A stretch of DNA of 61,876 bases, the filler included, from Choristocarpus tenellus KU-1152 (Eukaryota > Protista > Phaeophyceae): the NCBI GenBank assembly GCA_964200185.2. It is 11 parts of 11 records of this genome, joined end to end, with 100 filler letters (N's around TTAATTAATTAA, not from the genome) between each part and the next. Parts side by side here need not be neighbours in the genome. Positions count along the whole stretch, not along the records: positions 21,893 to 29,247 come from CAXNAD020006279.1; positions 29,348 to 33,684 come from CAXNAD020015045.1; positions 33,785 to 45,719 come from CAXNAD020002060.1; 8 more parts are not named here. One strand, given 5' to 3'. The translations under genes were made by a program, and so were the position numbers. Positions 25,905 through 40,300 of the stretch are shown here, one piece after another. Below the pieces are notes generated by a model. The model was not told the origin of the DNA and did not search any database. It saw nothing but the letters and a program-made list of their open reading frames with translations. Numbering within the stretch: the first letter of the stretch is position 1; every line of letters starts with the position of its first letter.

Positions 25905-28359
25905 TGAAGGGAGGCATTTTATTGATATTGCTAAGATGGATCAGGTCAAGATTTGATTGAGGTTGCAAAAGGGATGATTTATTATAGATGAATCAAGAAC
26001 TTATTTTTTGTTGCATTGAGTTGTGAGAAACCGATCACCTGGAAATCCATGTATGTTGATTGTGAGAGCAGAGGCAAAGGTCTTTCTTACACATCTGGTG
26101 CTTGGATTGTAATAGCCAGGGATAGAGGTCATAGAGCAAGATGCAAGGGCTTGTAGTTGTTGGTATATGTAAATTCTCTAGAGTACCACTGGGATTGTAC
26201 ATGTGATAATGCACAATCAGTTTACTCTCTCCTGCACAAAGTTTAGGGTTACTAGGTATGTCACTATCTCTTCTTCTCCAACATGCCTGCCTACCCCACA
26301 CAACCAGGCTGATTTTTTTCACATTTCATGTACATTGTTCTTTATTTTATCCTGTACTCCCAACCCTCACTTCCTCCTGGTTAGGTATCTGGAATAAGGA
26401 GAGAGGGTGGAGCAACACCTCAGCCACGGTAAAAGGAGGAAAGCATGCAGAGTGATGAGACAGATGACACTTCCCTTGTTAAGCATACACCCCAGTAAAA
26501 CAAATGCTGAACAATTTCTCACAGCAGAGTGTTGAGAGCATGATTTAATCATGTTGGAGGTGTTGCCATATTGCATTTTTTGGTACTTCCTTAGGAAGCA
26601 AGAACACTATGCCCTTTTATCATATTGGGACTACCTGGTGCAAAAACAATGTCCTTAACAAGTGGGGAAAAAACCGAATCTGAGTCTGGGACAAGCCCCC
26701 AAGTTGATCCCCTAAAAGAAAGATTACAGTCCTCTATAGCTCGTGAAAGTAAACATTACCCCTCACATACCAAACGATGCTTATATTGGTAGTTGATAAC
26801 TTCTCTTGAGAGTTTTATTAACTCATTACTCTACATCCTCGTGGATCAGCGTTTGTGTTCCTGGCACTTCCTCTCTTGTTGCGCGAGCCCCGAAGCAAGA
26901 TATCAAGGACTATTGTCATAACTCTCAACCCCTTCCCTTTCACCTGTAGTGTTAGTATTATTGCAAAGCATAGTGAACCTATTCAAGTGCATACAAGTAA
27001 TTTTGTTTTGTTTTGTTTTGTTGGGCACATGATTGCAAGGGACCCCCAAATGATTGGCAAGGGTAGTTGTCACAGCAGAATCAAGTCAGCATCATTCCCC
27101 CAATTTCTTCTGGAGATTCATGGGAAAACAAAGTCAACTATATCAACTATTTTGGACAAATTGGAAGGGTAGGGATGTCTACGTCTGATAGTGTTACAAA
27201 CACCCACCACTTTGTGACTGGAGTAACTCACAAGCAAAATGATTATATTACCAACTATATCCTTCCATTCTTCTGACTCTGAAGCTGGGGGGATGATGCT
27301 GGGTCGATTCTGCCATGGAATCCAGATGCCAGACAGACAACATAGAGCTCCAAACGCCAATCTAATGGGGGTAATCTCCACAACTGTGCTTCTAAAAAAA
27401 AAAACACGTGCACATCAACAGCTTTACTTTGCTCTGCAATAAAATCATGTAAGTACACAACACTTGCATATTCCACAGATTACCCATCCAGCTTCAGTTT
27501 TGGACTCACTATGAAAGTGGCCCTCTTCACTGTGGGCAACAAGACTAGGCACATTGAACAAACCATTCCACTACTCGGGGTGATCTTGTAATCTTTCAGT
27601 TCCAACTATCGAAGCAGACAGGGGCACATCTCTTCCTTCTATGCAAATAATTTACACTTGAAGGACGAGATGTGCCAGCCTGCAAGTAGTGCAACTCCCA
27701 AATTATGTTCAACAGTCGGTCAGCTGGAGGGGTGAAAGAGACTTGTCTTGTTTTGTTCTCCTATTGCGCCCTGTCATTATCCAATAATTTACATGCAGTG
27801 GAGCATTACAGCATATCATTAACAGCCACGTCAGCATCAATAAAAAAGAGAATAAGGAGGAACATTTCAACCAATAGAAAACAGTGTGACTTATCATATT
27901 GAACCAATAGAATGCGTTTTGCCCTGCAATCTCCCCTAACCCTAACCCCCTCAATTGTCACTTCAGCCCTTCGAGTATCACCCTGAAGAGCCCAAGATAT
28001 TGATTTCTTCCTCTCAAAATACCACCCAGAAAAAACCACCGGAATCATGACGGCATACTTCCCTCAGAGGAGCTTCAAGATCATGTCAGTTGCGCCATGT
28101 TGTTTCAAACGGGTGTATATACTATACTAACTCAGTAAAACATCTTCACATTAAAAGCCTTCATCAAAAAACCACTTCAGCACAATGTCCTACTTTGCTA
28201 GAAAAAAATACAACGATCCAAGAAGGGATGAATAAATCGGCCCTGCTTAATGGTACTCCCCCCTTTCCACCACTCTATACATCAGCCAGTGACTAATGAA
28301 AGAGAAGCTTGTTGTGGTACTTCCCTTTTTCCCCACCACCTGTCCACCAACCAACCTGT

Positions 28360-28491
28360 TCAAGTATAAACCCATGTGGTAAAACACCAGTCTACCAACC
28401 ATGTAGGCGTAATGTCAAAAGCTAAGGCGACGAGCCACACTGGTATCCCATACGCATTGGCAACAAGGTATCTTGACTTGGGATTTGGGCT
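28360..28491 (-). CDS. Probable last exon of an SDR (17-beta-HSD/retinol dehydrogenase-like) gene; upstream exons not identified
   Basis: A CAG acceptor is followed by SPNPKSRYLVANAYGIPVWLVALAFDITPTWLVDWCFTTWVYT*, resembling the 'S..PK.RY.V...P...D' C-terminus of this SDR group. Confidence 0.45.
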   Translation of the reverse strand, partial: SPNPKSRYLVANAYGIPVWLVALAFDITPTWLVDWCFTTWVYT

Positions 28492-29347
28492 CTGCCGATT
28501 AGGGGAGTGTGGGGAAAAAGTTAATGAACCCACCCTTAAAAAGTGGATAGACGTTTTTAGGTGTGAATGAAAACGTGTCCTTTCGTGAGACACCCATCAC
28601 TCGTCCCAGGGGTCATGGATATGAGGAAATATGTCGGGGAGCAATAAGCAAGTTCACAACCACTACCATTAATAGCAGTGGTTTTCAACTCGAGGAAGTG
28701 AAAAAGAAAACTAAAAATGCAAGACAAAAGTGCCAAAAAAGATGAGGGAGTAAGGGATATGCTGCAAATGTCATTTCGAAATACTTGATAAGGGGTTGGA
28801 GGGAACCAACACATCCAGAGTGTGGGTATACATTTATTTTTCTTGAATTCCCCCATTGATTCCATTTCAGACAACTCCTGCTTCTACAAAAATCCATGCC
28901 ATACCCGCTCATCAAGTACGGAGTGTGTTCCAAACACGATGCTTTAAGTACACAATTGAAATGTAATTACTCAAAACTATTTCAACAAGAGTAGTTATGT
29001 TGATCACTGCACTGTAGATTTTTTTTTAAAATACATGCAAGTTTTTTTCTTCGTAAAACCTATTTCGGGCACATAGATCTCAATCTTTAAAAAAAATAGA
29101 GCAAAACATCCTGCGGGTCAGACATTGTACATCAGTAAGCTGTATCTTTCGTAGGTACCAACGGAAAAAGCATTGCTTTGCTTTGCTCACGAATTCTGGA
29201 TTATTATTATTATTTGCACATTCCTATTTTCTTATTCCTCTATCCTCNNNNNNNNNNNNNNNNNNNNNNNNNNNNNNNNNNNNNNNNNNNNTTAATTAAT
29301 TAANNNNNNNNNNNNNNNNNNNNNNNNNNNNNNNNNNNNNNNNNNNN

Positions 29348-29389
29348 CCCCAAATGGACGCGGCTCTACCCTCTAAGATACTTTGGCTC
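29348..29389 (-). mobile_element. MITE family A, partial (cut by contig start)
   Basis: CCAAATGGACGCGGCTCTACCCTCTAAGATACTTTGGCTC is the reverse complement of the family A left end. Confidence 0.85.
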
Positions 29390-29949
29390 AGTTTATGGTA
29401 CAACTAGGAAGGGTCTGTCAACCTACAAAACACAAATGAAAGCAGGGAGAACCCTTCTGACATGGTACCATCGAGCAGTGCACAGTATGGGACAGTGCTA
29501 GGCTTTCTGATTTCATGTCTATGGTTGAAGATTTGGACTACATAAACGCTATCCAGAGTATTTTGCAACAATTTTACAACTCAAAGACAACTCACAGTAT
29601 CACATTAAAACACCAAGGCTAGTAGCCGTGCGCTGTAGGAATTGTTTGTGGGTTCCTTCCAATATAGGCTGGATCACTCTCATACGGTACAATGAACCGG
29701 TACGGGAAAGTTCTGCATTACATCACACGGTATGTATATTACAGTGGAGGTCTAATAGATTTGCATCGCAAGGTGTGGTGCGTTAAGATTGAACCTGAAA
29801 ATCCAAGGGTAGGCCAAGCAAGGTACAGCATCCAGGGTACAAAAACGATCACAACTAAATTACACACATTTTATCACAGTACCCTAAATTTACCCTGTGG
29901 AGCACAGAATGTTTTCTTCAAGGTATACAAGGGTTTTCATCCGTAGGGA

Positions 29950-30226
29950 AGCATACATGATCGGTGAGGTTACCAAGGTTTCAGCCGTTTTACAATTTTG
30001 CCAGTTTTCTTCATATTGTGCGCTTCACCCATATTTTTTTATTTTTATGGTCAAAGAGATAAATTTGACTTAGTATTGTTGATTTCTCTATTGTTTGAAA
30101 CCTTTCCACAAAGTTCAGAAAAATTTTCAAATATGCATTTGAAAATAAAAGTCAAATTACTTTGCACAATTTTGTCAGCTTTCTTAAAATGAAACTCTGA
30201 AGGCACCTCTCCTTCACTTTTGACTC
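29950..30226 (-). mobile_element. MITE family D, diverged copy
   Basis: It ends in GGCACCTCTCCTTCACTTTTGACTC, and its interior aligns by eye with 54610-54815 and the reverse complement of 51626-51835. Confidence 0.6.
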
Positions 30227-30457
30227 TCAATCAAACCACAAAGAGAAGCTCGTCAAGCAAGCACATATACACATGATAGTTGGGTGAGGAAGGTTATGGA
30301 AACACAAGGGTTAAGGGAAATACTTAGGGTGTTGTGGACATGTGCCCTATTACAGTGAGGAGTACTATAAACTTGGCAAAACATTAAACTTTCTACACAA
30401 GACACAACCAAATATAACAGTTTCAAACCTGTACATCGTAGGCCATTAGAGTCACAC

Positions 30458-32538
30458 CAAAACTGAAAACAGCCACCCCAAAGAAGGAGCTGAATCCAGC
30501 CAAGTCCTTGGGACCAACAAGGGCAGGCCATTCCAGTAGCTCATCGATGGGTGGCCAATCATAGCTGAGGAATAGAGACATGATTTGGATATATTACTGA
30601 GTAATTCCTGTATCACCCGAATCTCTCACATCCACCACTCTAGCCGTTGGTACAGATAAGCTTCACTCGTATTATATATATATATATATATATATATCGA
30701 AGAAGTCAAATCCTCAAATCCTCAAAACTAGTTGGTAAAACCTAAATCAATGTTGTCGCAAGGAAAACAAAAGCAGTCTATACACAGAAAGTACTTTGTA
30801 GAGCATTTTCTCAAGAGAAGTACACCATTCATACATACATATATACATAATACATTCATGCATTTGTTTGGGATAAAAGAAAAGCACAGAAAGGGCAAAC
30901 CTTCGGATGCCCAGAGTAAGGATCACAGCAAAGCCACCAAACAGTCCAAGAATGGCTGGGACTGATAGATTTGCGAGGGGTGCAAGTGACCTGCTTAGGA
31001 TTGGGTAAGGGTATGTTAAAATGGTCAATCCAAGGACAGTCACATTGACAGCAACTGGCATCCAAACTAAGTGCCACACACATCCTGAGGTCCACCTACC
31101 TTTGAATTACAACAAATGTTTACCTTTAACTCCTCTGAGGTCCAGTCTGACCATCTCAACGTAGGTGACAGGGTTCGAAGCAAAATGAAGGAAAGTGTAA
31201 GTGGATAAGACCCACCTTACAGATATAAAAAAGAAATAGTCAACAGAATCATGCTGTCACGTGAAAAAATGATCAAAAGAACACCCTCATCCACTCTGCA
31301 TGCAAACACGCAAACCATAAATGTAAATTTACTTGCCTGGCCAAAGTAAGAGGGTACATGAGAATCATATAGATCAATGTATTGAGGTAGGTGGCTGATT
31401 CTGTCCCCAAGCTGTGTCCTGCATATAAGGGGGTATCCTTGAGCATGATGTTTGCGGTGCTGTCCGAACAAGCATCAAATCAGCGGGGAAATGCGGGCCA
31501 GAGTACGAAAGGTTCGCAGGTACATTTAGGACAAGAAAGATGTAAAGGCGGTCTGAGGACTGTGTTACATAATTGGATCTTTGGTGAAGATTGTGACCCC
31601 GAACACCCCCAAGAAGACATGAGCATAACAGGCCGTATTCTCATTGGATGTCACTCGAAGTACTACTACACCAATTCCAACCCCTTCTATCTCTCACATC
31701 AAATACGCAGTTGCAGCTCCAAGAAGCGTGACCACGACGCTGATACACAGGAAACCAAGGACAGCAGAGGGGCAAGGTGAGATTATGATGAAATATGTGG
31801 CAAATTCGGATCTATTCTCAAGATATTTGTCTGTCAACTAGGCAGATCGAGCTTGCATCAAGTGGTCGCAAGACTTGGGCTAATCAACGTTGTTCACCTG
31901 GAGTTTACTAGCCAAGCACCGGGCTTTCCCATGGCCATAAGCCCCACGGCAGCATATGTGGTTCTCTCCGTGGGCATTGTTGGATCGCTCTTTAGCCTGG
32001 CTGTGAGCTCTTCTCCCAAGTCCACCAAAAGTTGACAGCAGCTTTGATTCCATGCAAGGACGACACCTAGTCCGAGCAGACCAACAATGAGACCACCCTG
32101 CTCGAAGGCGTAGGGAAGGGCCAACATGCCAGCGCCAAAGCTGACCATGCCACAACAAGGGGCGAATATAACAAAGCGGCAAATATGTCGTCGAACAGCT
32201 TCAATAGTTGTTGGGGCAAGAAAACATCACGTCCAGATCAGAAGCGGCGGCTAAGCATGCAAGAAATGCATGGAATGAAAAGAGGTCAGGATCCAGGTAT
32301 GCGAAAACTTGACGAGAACGCCATCGTGAAACATAATTTCGCGCACAAATTGACAATGCTGAAAAGAAAAGGTGCGGCGAATTGGGGTTGCACACCTTAA
32401 ATTACCGACGTTCAGAACGGTGCCAAAGGTGCCTGCACCCTCTGCAGCCCGATTTTCTGACTCCTTGTCATCCTGGATATGGTTGAAATCGGCTGCTGTG
32501 CCAGTCACCAAAGTTGTGTTTTCGCCAACCTTATCCAT
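30458..32538 (-). CDS. Amino acid/auxin permease (AAAP, Aa_trans/SLC36-like) transporter, 5' part; exons 32538-32396, 32140-31898, 31739-31698, 31459-31337, 30990-30901, 30564-30458
   Basis: The spliced product has NVGNLSFGAGMLALPYAFEQGG, TYAAVG, TLLGAATAYLI, YPLTLARSLAPLANLS and FFGVAVFSFG. The five linking introns are all phase 2 and compatible. Confidence 0.88.
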
Positions 32539-33470
32539 ATTCTTTGCCAAAATGAACCTTGTCTTCAAAGTGGACTTGATTTCAAGATACACACGACGGA
32601 GATGATTGATCAAAATAAAATTGGGGATGTGGTTGCAGACGCTAAGCGGGAAGGAGCTAGTTTCTCAGCATTTCCGCAGAGTCTCCTGGCATCTATTTGT
32701 AACTGACCCTTTGATCAATCCTAGGTCATCTCTTGAGGTCATAAGAGTTCCACAGATTACATATCCTTAGAGTTGTATCGAAAATCGCACTTGGGTTGTG
32801 AAAATCCCTAAAATGAATCTTGTGAAGTAGACATCTTCGCAGTGGAGATTTGAATATGAAATTGGATATGTGATATTTGGTAGAGCTGACTGACTATATT
32901 ATATGAGTTAAGTTATTCAATCTTGATAACTATAAATTGTGGTTACATCATTTTGGTAGAAGTACATGGATACAGACAGTACTTAACATTTCCATTTGGA
33001 ACTCTACTTGTCTTATACTTTGTAAAATATTTCTTTTGAGTACTACTGCTTCCCCTGTGTGATCCACCAACGAGCAACCAATAACGGACCTCAAAATAAA
33101 GTTCTATCCGATGTACATTGACTCTCAAAGTAAATGGAATAAGAGATTTAGCAAATCGTTCTGTTGATTCTTTCCTCTGTTAATAACATAAGCTTTGGTG
33201 GTTTGCTTTTTCTTTTTCTTTTTCTTACCCATTGTTTGCCACAATGTTTTTTTGTGCTGTATCTGATAGCGTATTCCGTTTTGTTGTAATTTTCTACATA
33301 ATATTTTTTGTTCTCGAGTTTCTGTTGTTAATTAAATATATTATCTTGTACTCCAATACAAATGTGTTACCGGAAAAGCCTATCCAATATCCCCAGAACA
33401 CTTAAAAAGTAATAGTTGTAAATGTGAAAGATATCTCTCTAAAATCTATCTAATATTTACATTCTTACTG

Positions 33471-33684
33471 TGTTAGGCAGGGTCCAATCAGTTGTGGGGG
33501 GTGTTTAGAATCACCAGTGTGTCATGGTGGGGTGCTTCCCCGAGCTCTCTCAACCATCAAATCTTAAGAGAAAAGAAGCTTTAGGAGGATCCCAGCTCCA
33601 CCAAATGACGTCACGTCTTAGTGATCGTTAATGGTGGAAAGTCTGAGAATTCTCAAGAGTTCTCTGTGTTTGATGTTGTTGGGA
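33471..33684 (+). repeat. Dispersed ~230-bp repeat (possible solo LTR); second copy ~56936-57174
   Basis: Long shared blocks, e.g. CAATCAGT.GTGGGGGGTGTT.AGAATCACCAGT and GAATTCTCAAGAGTTCTCTGTGTTTGAT. It starts with TGT, but no TSD was confirmed. Confidence 0.75.
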
Positions 33685-34327
33685 NNNNNNNNNNNNNNNN
33701 NNNNNNNNNNNNNNNNNNNNNNNNNNNNTTAATTAATTAANNNNNNNNNNNNNNNNNNNNNNNNNNNNNNNNNNNNNNNNNNNNCCCCCCCCTCCCAGAT
33801 ACTTTGGGTCTAAATCCCCCTTTGCCAGGACAACCTTGGAGTGGCAGAATGGCGGGTAGCTAAAGAGGTTGCATTGATTCAGGCCAAACAGTCGTACCCC
33901 CTGGCCTATCCATATGTGCAGTATATCCTTGTCTATATTCAACCGCATTTGTAGCCTGATCTTCTCTACCTAGCTAAATTTTATTCAAGGTTTTTTTAGA
34001 AATGCTCGTGCCTACATGTAGCAGAGTTCGACAGACTTAGAACTTGCTCAACTGCCACTTATGCAATAGTGTGACTCCTGGCGAGGTCCCCTTTCCACTT
34101 GGTTGGTACCCGATGTGATGAAACAATGATATATCCTGAGCCGTGCACCTGACCCTGATGAATTCGGCAACTTCCAAACCGATGTCTAGACGCCCTGAGC
34201 TATGAGCTGGAAGAACATCATCACTCACTCATCTTGTGCAACAGCCTAATCCCAAACTATGTATGTCTTTTGTCTTTACCTCACACACCAAGATCACCCC
34301 ACTCCCCCCTGTCAACAACGTTTCTAG

Positions 34328-37300
34328 AGTTTTACTTTGGCACTCCCCAACGTCGCGATGACAGTGAAGAGTTGTACGATGTGGACACAGATTCTGTGGA
34401 GGAGCAGCGAGAAGAACTGGGAAAGTTTCTTTTTGACGCCTACGATGTGGGTTGTACACTGACCGTTGTGATCACTCTATTCGTAGTGCTGTACTATTTG
34501 TACTTCGTGTGGTTTCATACAGTTATTTCTTGATTGGGTTGATGTCAATCCTGTAAATAACGTGCAATCCGTTATTGATACATAATAGACTCTGAAAGTG
34601 TCACACATTGCTTAACGTGGAATGAGAAATATGGACTCCAGGACGGTATCATAGCCATGCGTTTGCCTGCAATTGAGGATACAGTGGAGCCTACAATAAA
34701 GTGTTGCATGTACAGCAAAGTGTTGCATGTACAGCATGCGAGCTCGGGTTGAAGTGAAGACTTGTGAATGAAGTGTCAACTGTGATGATTCGGTTGGGTT
34801 CGGTCATATTTTGGAAAGAAGGTCGTGCAAGAATGAAATATACTTGTACTTTTTGATATATTTATACAGTGTATATACCGTATAATGTTGTGAAGTGAGA
34901 AAAGGACACCATCGAACACTGTAGAAATTATCTGGAGGAGGTGGGTGGATAGGCAATACATTGGATTTGTTCGATTTACAAAACCAACAAAAACGAGGCT
35001 CGCCCTTATTTATCTCGGATTAAATTACCTCCATATCAAAACGAGATCAATGGATTCTATTGGCTCTTACTCAAAGTGTCTTACCAATGTTTCAGTGTTG
35101 TTGTCTAGTACATCCCCATTCCGATTTTTTACTTGATTGTTTGGTCTGCCCATTGTGCAATCAGTGTCTTGACCTTTTACATTATAAAGCATTGTAGGGT
35201 ATCATTATGTCCTCCTAAAGAACTCCAATCTCCACCTTCTCACCCATATAATTCCTGAACTCTAGGACATCCTGTCAAAGGGGCTGGAGGGCGTCAATGT
35301 CTACTGGACTGGAGACATAAACGGGATGCTTGACGGTGATATTTGTAGTCGAGTTGATTATAATTAACACTGATGAGTAAGATTACAGGTCAAGCAAGGG
35401 GATATGAGGCAAATCAAGGTTTGGTACTAATTGAATGCCACAGTTCATTGACCGGACAACTATGAAATCATTAAATTGTTGCTGCATTTTTCCTCTTGGT
35501 TTCCAACCTCATAGCCTTGACATACTTCTTCCATATCCTCCACCCTTCACCCCTCCAAACTTTGCCACCCTCCCTTCGTTAGTCTGTATTATTCTTGCTT
35601 GTGTTTCATGCTCTCTGTTGATCAATCGTCTGACCCCAGACTGACCCTAACCTAACTGAACACACAAACACGATACCCCCTCCCTTTGCAGTTTATATCA
35701 ACTCCATCCTATTCAATGATATCCTTCTACTGCTCCCAACTTTCCTGTTTGTGCTGGTCTACCTCGTTGTCCAGCTTCGGTCATGGTGGTGAGAATGACA
35801 GGATGGAACCAGGAACAATATACTCATATTTTAATACTTATAATACGATTTGTTCTCCCTGTAATCCGATGTTAGACTGGTGGAAGAGTTGATAGACTTA
35901 TGTTCATTATTATAATTGGAGCATACAACGTTTGAGAACTTATTCTAGGTTGACTGCACGTAGTGCAAAATGGTTGAACTTAGTCTCACATAACTTTGGG
36001 CAGGTATGCATTACTTAAAGGGATCGGAACGTGGAGAACCGTGAAGTACTCGTACAATATTGAACACTGGATAAGCATTTAATTGAATGTGTATAGCATC
36101 ACAGAGAAAAAAAATGAATCTCGAAAAGTTTTGTGATTATGGGGCAGTTGATACCAAGGTGAGACTTCTGCTCTATATCTGCTCATCGAGCATACCAATA
36201 TAGGTATAGCGGTATATTTTCAAATATAACATTTGAGCAGTCAAGTGTCAACAAGAACTTGAAGTCGTGAAGATTAGGAAGGCACAAAAATACTTCAGAC
36301 TCGGACCTGCTCTGTCTATAACGTGCAAAGTGTGATCTTGGAGTTTATTTGACTCTGCTTATCCATTGTGAAAGCCCACTGTGCATTTAACTGTGACTAG
36401 AGTGTGTGAACAAATTTGGACTCCATCGGGTCTATTGTTAGCTGTGAATAGAGTATAGTGGACACTAGTTATTTGCAAAATACTATTGTTTGTTGTTTGA
36501 TGCTGGCTCGGTATGGATCTTAAGGATCCATGAAAGACTTCCTAAGTCTGCTTCCCTTTACACTCTGTACTGTGTGTGTTCTGTTGCTAATCCAAGAGAT
36601 TAACGTATTTTCACCACAAGCATTGAGATCTAGAGCTCCGCTGCATAGTACCCCGCAGTGTTTCACCTATGCACCACTGTGTGGGCAAGTATTTTGAATA
36701 GCCTATTGTTGTGTTGTGGAAGCGTTAGACCTTCAATCTGTTGAAATGCTACAAGACAAAATTCCTTGTCTCCTCTCCTGTCAACGCATTCTTTGGAGTG
36801 TAGATCCCTACGTGAAACATGCTACTTGTGGACTGTTGTGTGGTATTGTTGGTTCCTGTCAGGCTTGGAGGTGTAGGGATACTCATGATCCTGGGCAACT
36901 TCGGTCCTGCCCTTCTTCTGTATAGGGCATTTGCTGGATACAGGTTAGTCGGGAATATAGATAATATGACGAAGTTTCTAGTGGATATGTGGCAAGGTGT
37001 TGGGTGCACTGATGAATATATATGAAACCCCAGAAGATGTTCCTTCCAGCATATCGACCACGCTGTTTGATTGCTACGATCACCTGCGGTTTGTTTTATA
37101 TTATCCCTGATCATCTGACCGCTTTTTGATTGCAGAGTTTTCTTCTCACAAGTGAATTTCCACCTCGCTACACTCGCAGTATGGATTATTGGAAAGTGAC
37201 TTTTATGATGATATCATCGCACCGAATCACCTTTCTTCAGACTCTGCTGAAGGCTATGATACCTTCAACACTCACAGGATAGCACAAAGTGCCCGAATCT

Positions 37301-40300
37301 GCTGCAGAGAGGTCTGAAGAGGCGTTACATCTGATATAATCATAGGTATCTAATTAGTCTTCTTGTCCGTTGTACACTTGATGGAGATGACTGGACATGC
37401 CCTTGGCTCCAGATAGGCAAAAATTGTGAGGGCTGGTACTACACGCATATGTGCTACAGAGTGGTAAAGTATGGTGTTCTGTGTTCTCCACTCTTCGTGA
37501 AGTTACATATTTGGTCATGTCCAGCTCTGAGTAAATGTTAGTGAGAGGTACCCAGAGTTGCAGCATAAGGATGCTGGCAGATATATGCGTATAGGATTTT
37601 TTCTGAATCGTGTTCAAGAGTTTCCAGGAATAGAGAAATTGATCTTCTTGTGTCGAATCTAGCACTTCATCCTTACAAATATGAGTGAATTGGAAATATT
37701 GAAAAACTGACCTATAATGCAAAACGTCCAAAAAATATTTATCCCTCGTTTAATTTGACTCACTCCGTTCTTTCAGTTGCTGAATTTCGTAGTGGACTCG
37801 CCCCCCATACATATGCTGAAGTATTCCACAATGGATCTACGGTTAACACGATCAATTGTGTGCCTTGGTATAGGCTAATGGGCGGGTTGGTGTGGACAGA
37901 TAATGTTAGTGTTACAAGGGGCTTACAGCGTTAGTTCCATTGACTGAACTCACGGGGCTCACAACTGGTTGTACCCATTACTCTTCCTATATTTTGGGGG
38001 TTGCAATCATCCACTCTAACGTACCATTAATCCCTCACTTCATTGTGTTCAGTATGACAAATATACTTGGGACATGACACAAATCAACTGGACACCAATG
38101 AATCAATACATCTGGTATATCCATAGCTGGCTGTCCATCCTATTACCTACTCTTGCAGTGGCATCTGTAATACATCAACAGCACAATCCACGAACAGCAT
38201 CCCCTTGCAAAAACAATATAATGAGATATCTACTAATCCCATACACTCCTTACCCCGTATCTGTACTACTAAGTTTCCACCCACATCCACATCAACATGC
38301 GGTGCGACTCCAAGTTGAACATCGCTTGCACCCCACCTTTTAGTCAAGACTAAGTTTACAATTACCTGCTACCTAAACCTCCCATTGCCACCTCCCTCTC
38401 CTCCAGCTACTTTGGCTTATTGAATGCCTTGGTCATTTTCGTCATTCTAGGGATTGGTGAGTGGACTTTCGTGCTGATATTCAATCCTGTCTACTATATA
38501 GACTTAGGTACTCTTGTATAATTTTGTACTTACTAGGGTCCTAGTTCCTACAATGCCTGTAAAAAGTACCGTTCACAACCATGCCTTCACATATTTTTTT
38601 AATAGTAAATATTCCTTGACACAATACGAACATGACTTCTTAATTGAATAGCAACCTTAGGTGGAGTGGATAAAAAATATTATCTTAGAGCAAGCAGTAA
38701 AAATTGCAAGTGGATTACATAGTGTTGTGTTGCATCAATCTCTCCACCTGACAACACCTGTCAAGCGCGAATTTGAACAGAATTCTACCACGAAGTGTTG
38801 CGAGTTTCACTCTGCCTTTTCCAGTCCATACAAATACTACTCCACCCCCCCACCCCAATGGCTCACCCCACCCGCCAGTCTACATATTTTATCATTCAAT
38901 ATGCTCCCCAGGCTTGGTTTTTGATTGACTAAGTATATGGGCTAGTTGTACTACACCTCAAAATACCAAGAATGGTGATGAAGTCCATCCAGCGCAATAC
39001 TTCTTGCAATTTACTATCAACATTTGTTGTTGAGGTGATTGCCATGGTCATTCCGTCCCTGAACCTATCCACAAACCCCACTCCAACCCTAGTCCATTCT
39101 GATAGGCGTTGTTAGAATTGGAACTGGGACATAGTGCAGTACAGAAACCTGCTGTCGAAACTCAGCTCAATCTACAACACAAGGTTTTCTCATTTGAGAA
39201 TAGCTCAACAAGGCCGACCATGGCAATTCTTTTGCTTTAAAGATGCTCTCACCTTCACCATTATTAATATTATAATTATTTACATCAAGGTGCGGATGAC
39301 ATATTTGTATTTTCGGACACCTGGAAGCGTATCAGGCGCACAATGCCGGATAGCCCTGTTGAAGTTCAGCTGGTGGAAACCCTCCGCTTTGCGGGCAAGG
39401 CAATGGTAAGAACTTTTTATAAGTATATTAGGAGTACTTGTAATGGAATCAAATATAGAATATGGTGGTCATTTCGTATCTTTGATAATGTGGTGTGAGA
39501 GATTTGTTCACCAAAAATCCTGTCCTTGGAGTATTGGCCATGGTGAAAGTAGTCCGAGTGGGCTCTTATATGAGTCCGCTTGTCGAAAGGTAATCGATCA
39601 GGACACTTTTTGGACAAACAATAGTTATACTTTCAAGTAATACATACTTTCTAGTGCAATCGTGGTTAGGTAGCTTGATATATTTTTCTCAATATGGTTC
39701 AAATGGATCAGTCCTGTTCAAGTATTTTCCTGATAAATTGATTAGAGGGGACTTAATGTATATTCCGACAATATTAGCGTAACTAGAGATGAACCCCTGT
39801 GTCTCGCTTCACCTTCTGGTTTCTTTCCTGTTAGAGCTCCCTGCACCTCCGTCTCCTCAGCTTGCCTCAGCTAACATTGTGACATAATAGCGTGTGGTGA
39901 TTTTTTACTCCTGGAATGCAGGCGGTCACCTCATTGACCACAACTGCCAGCTTCCTGACCAACGCTCTCTCTGAATTCCCCGCAGTTCAGAGCTTTGGCA
40001 TTTTCTCAGCCATGCTGGTGAGCTGAAGTATTATTTTGTATTAATGATCTAAAACCTCTTTAGTGTCCCAAATCAACCATCCCACCAATATAATTTTTTC
40101 ACAACCACGTGCTGGAGCTCTCTGGGATTACATGTGTAAATATCCTCGCCCTTCTCTTCTTCAACCCTACATTTTTCAATCTGTCCCAAAGATTATCACC
40201 AACTACTTCTCAGTAGTTATATTGTTTCCAGCGGTGACTATGGTGTATGAGTACTATATGCACGAGCCCAGTAAATCCAAGGGATTGTGCAGGTCCACAT

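Noticed and set aside
36819-37025. PVRLGGVG as a CRE/LINE RT thumb motif
   Set aside because: It is explained by a splice acceptor plus an SSD exon of the Dispatched-like gene.
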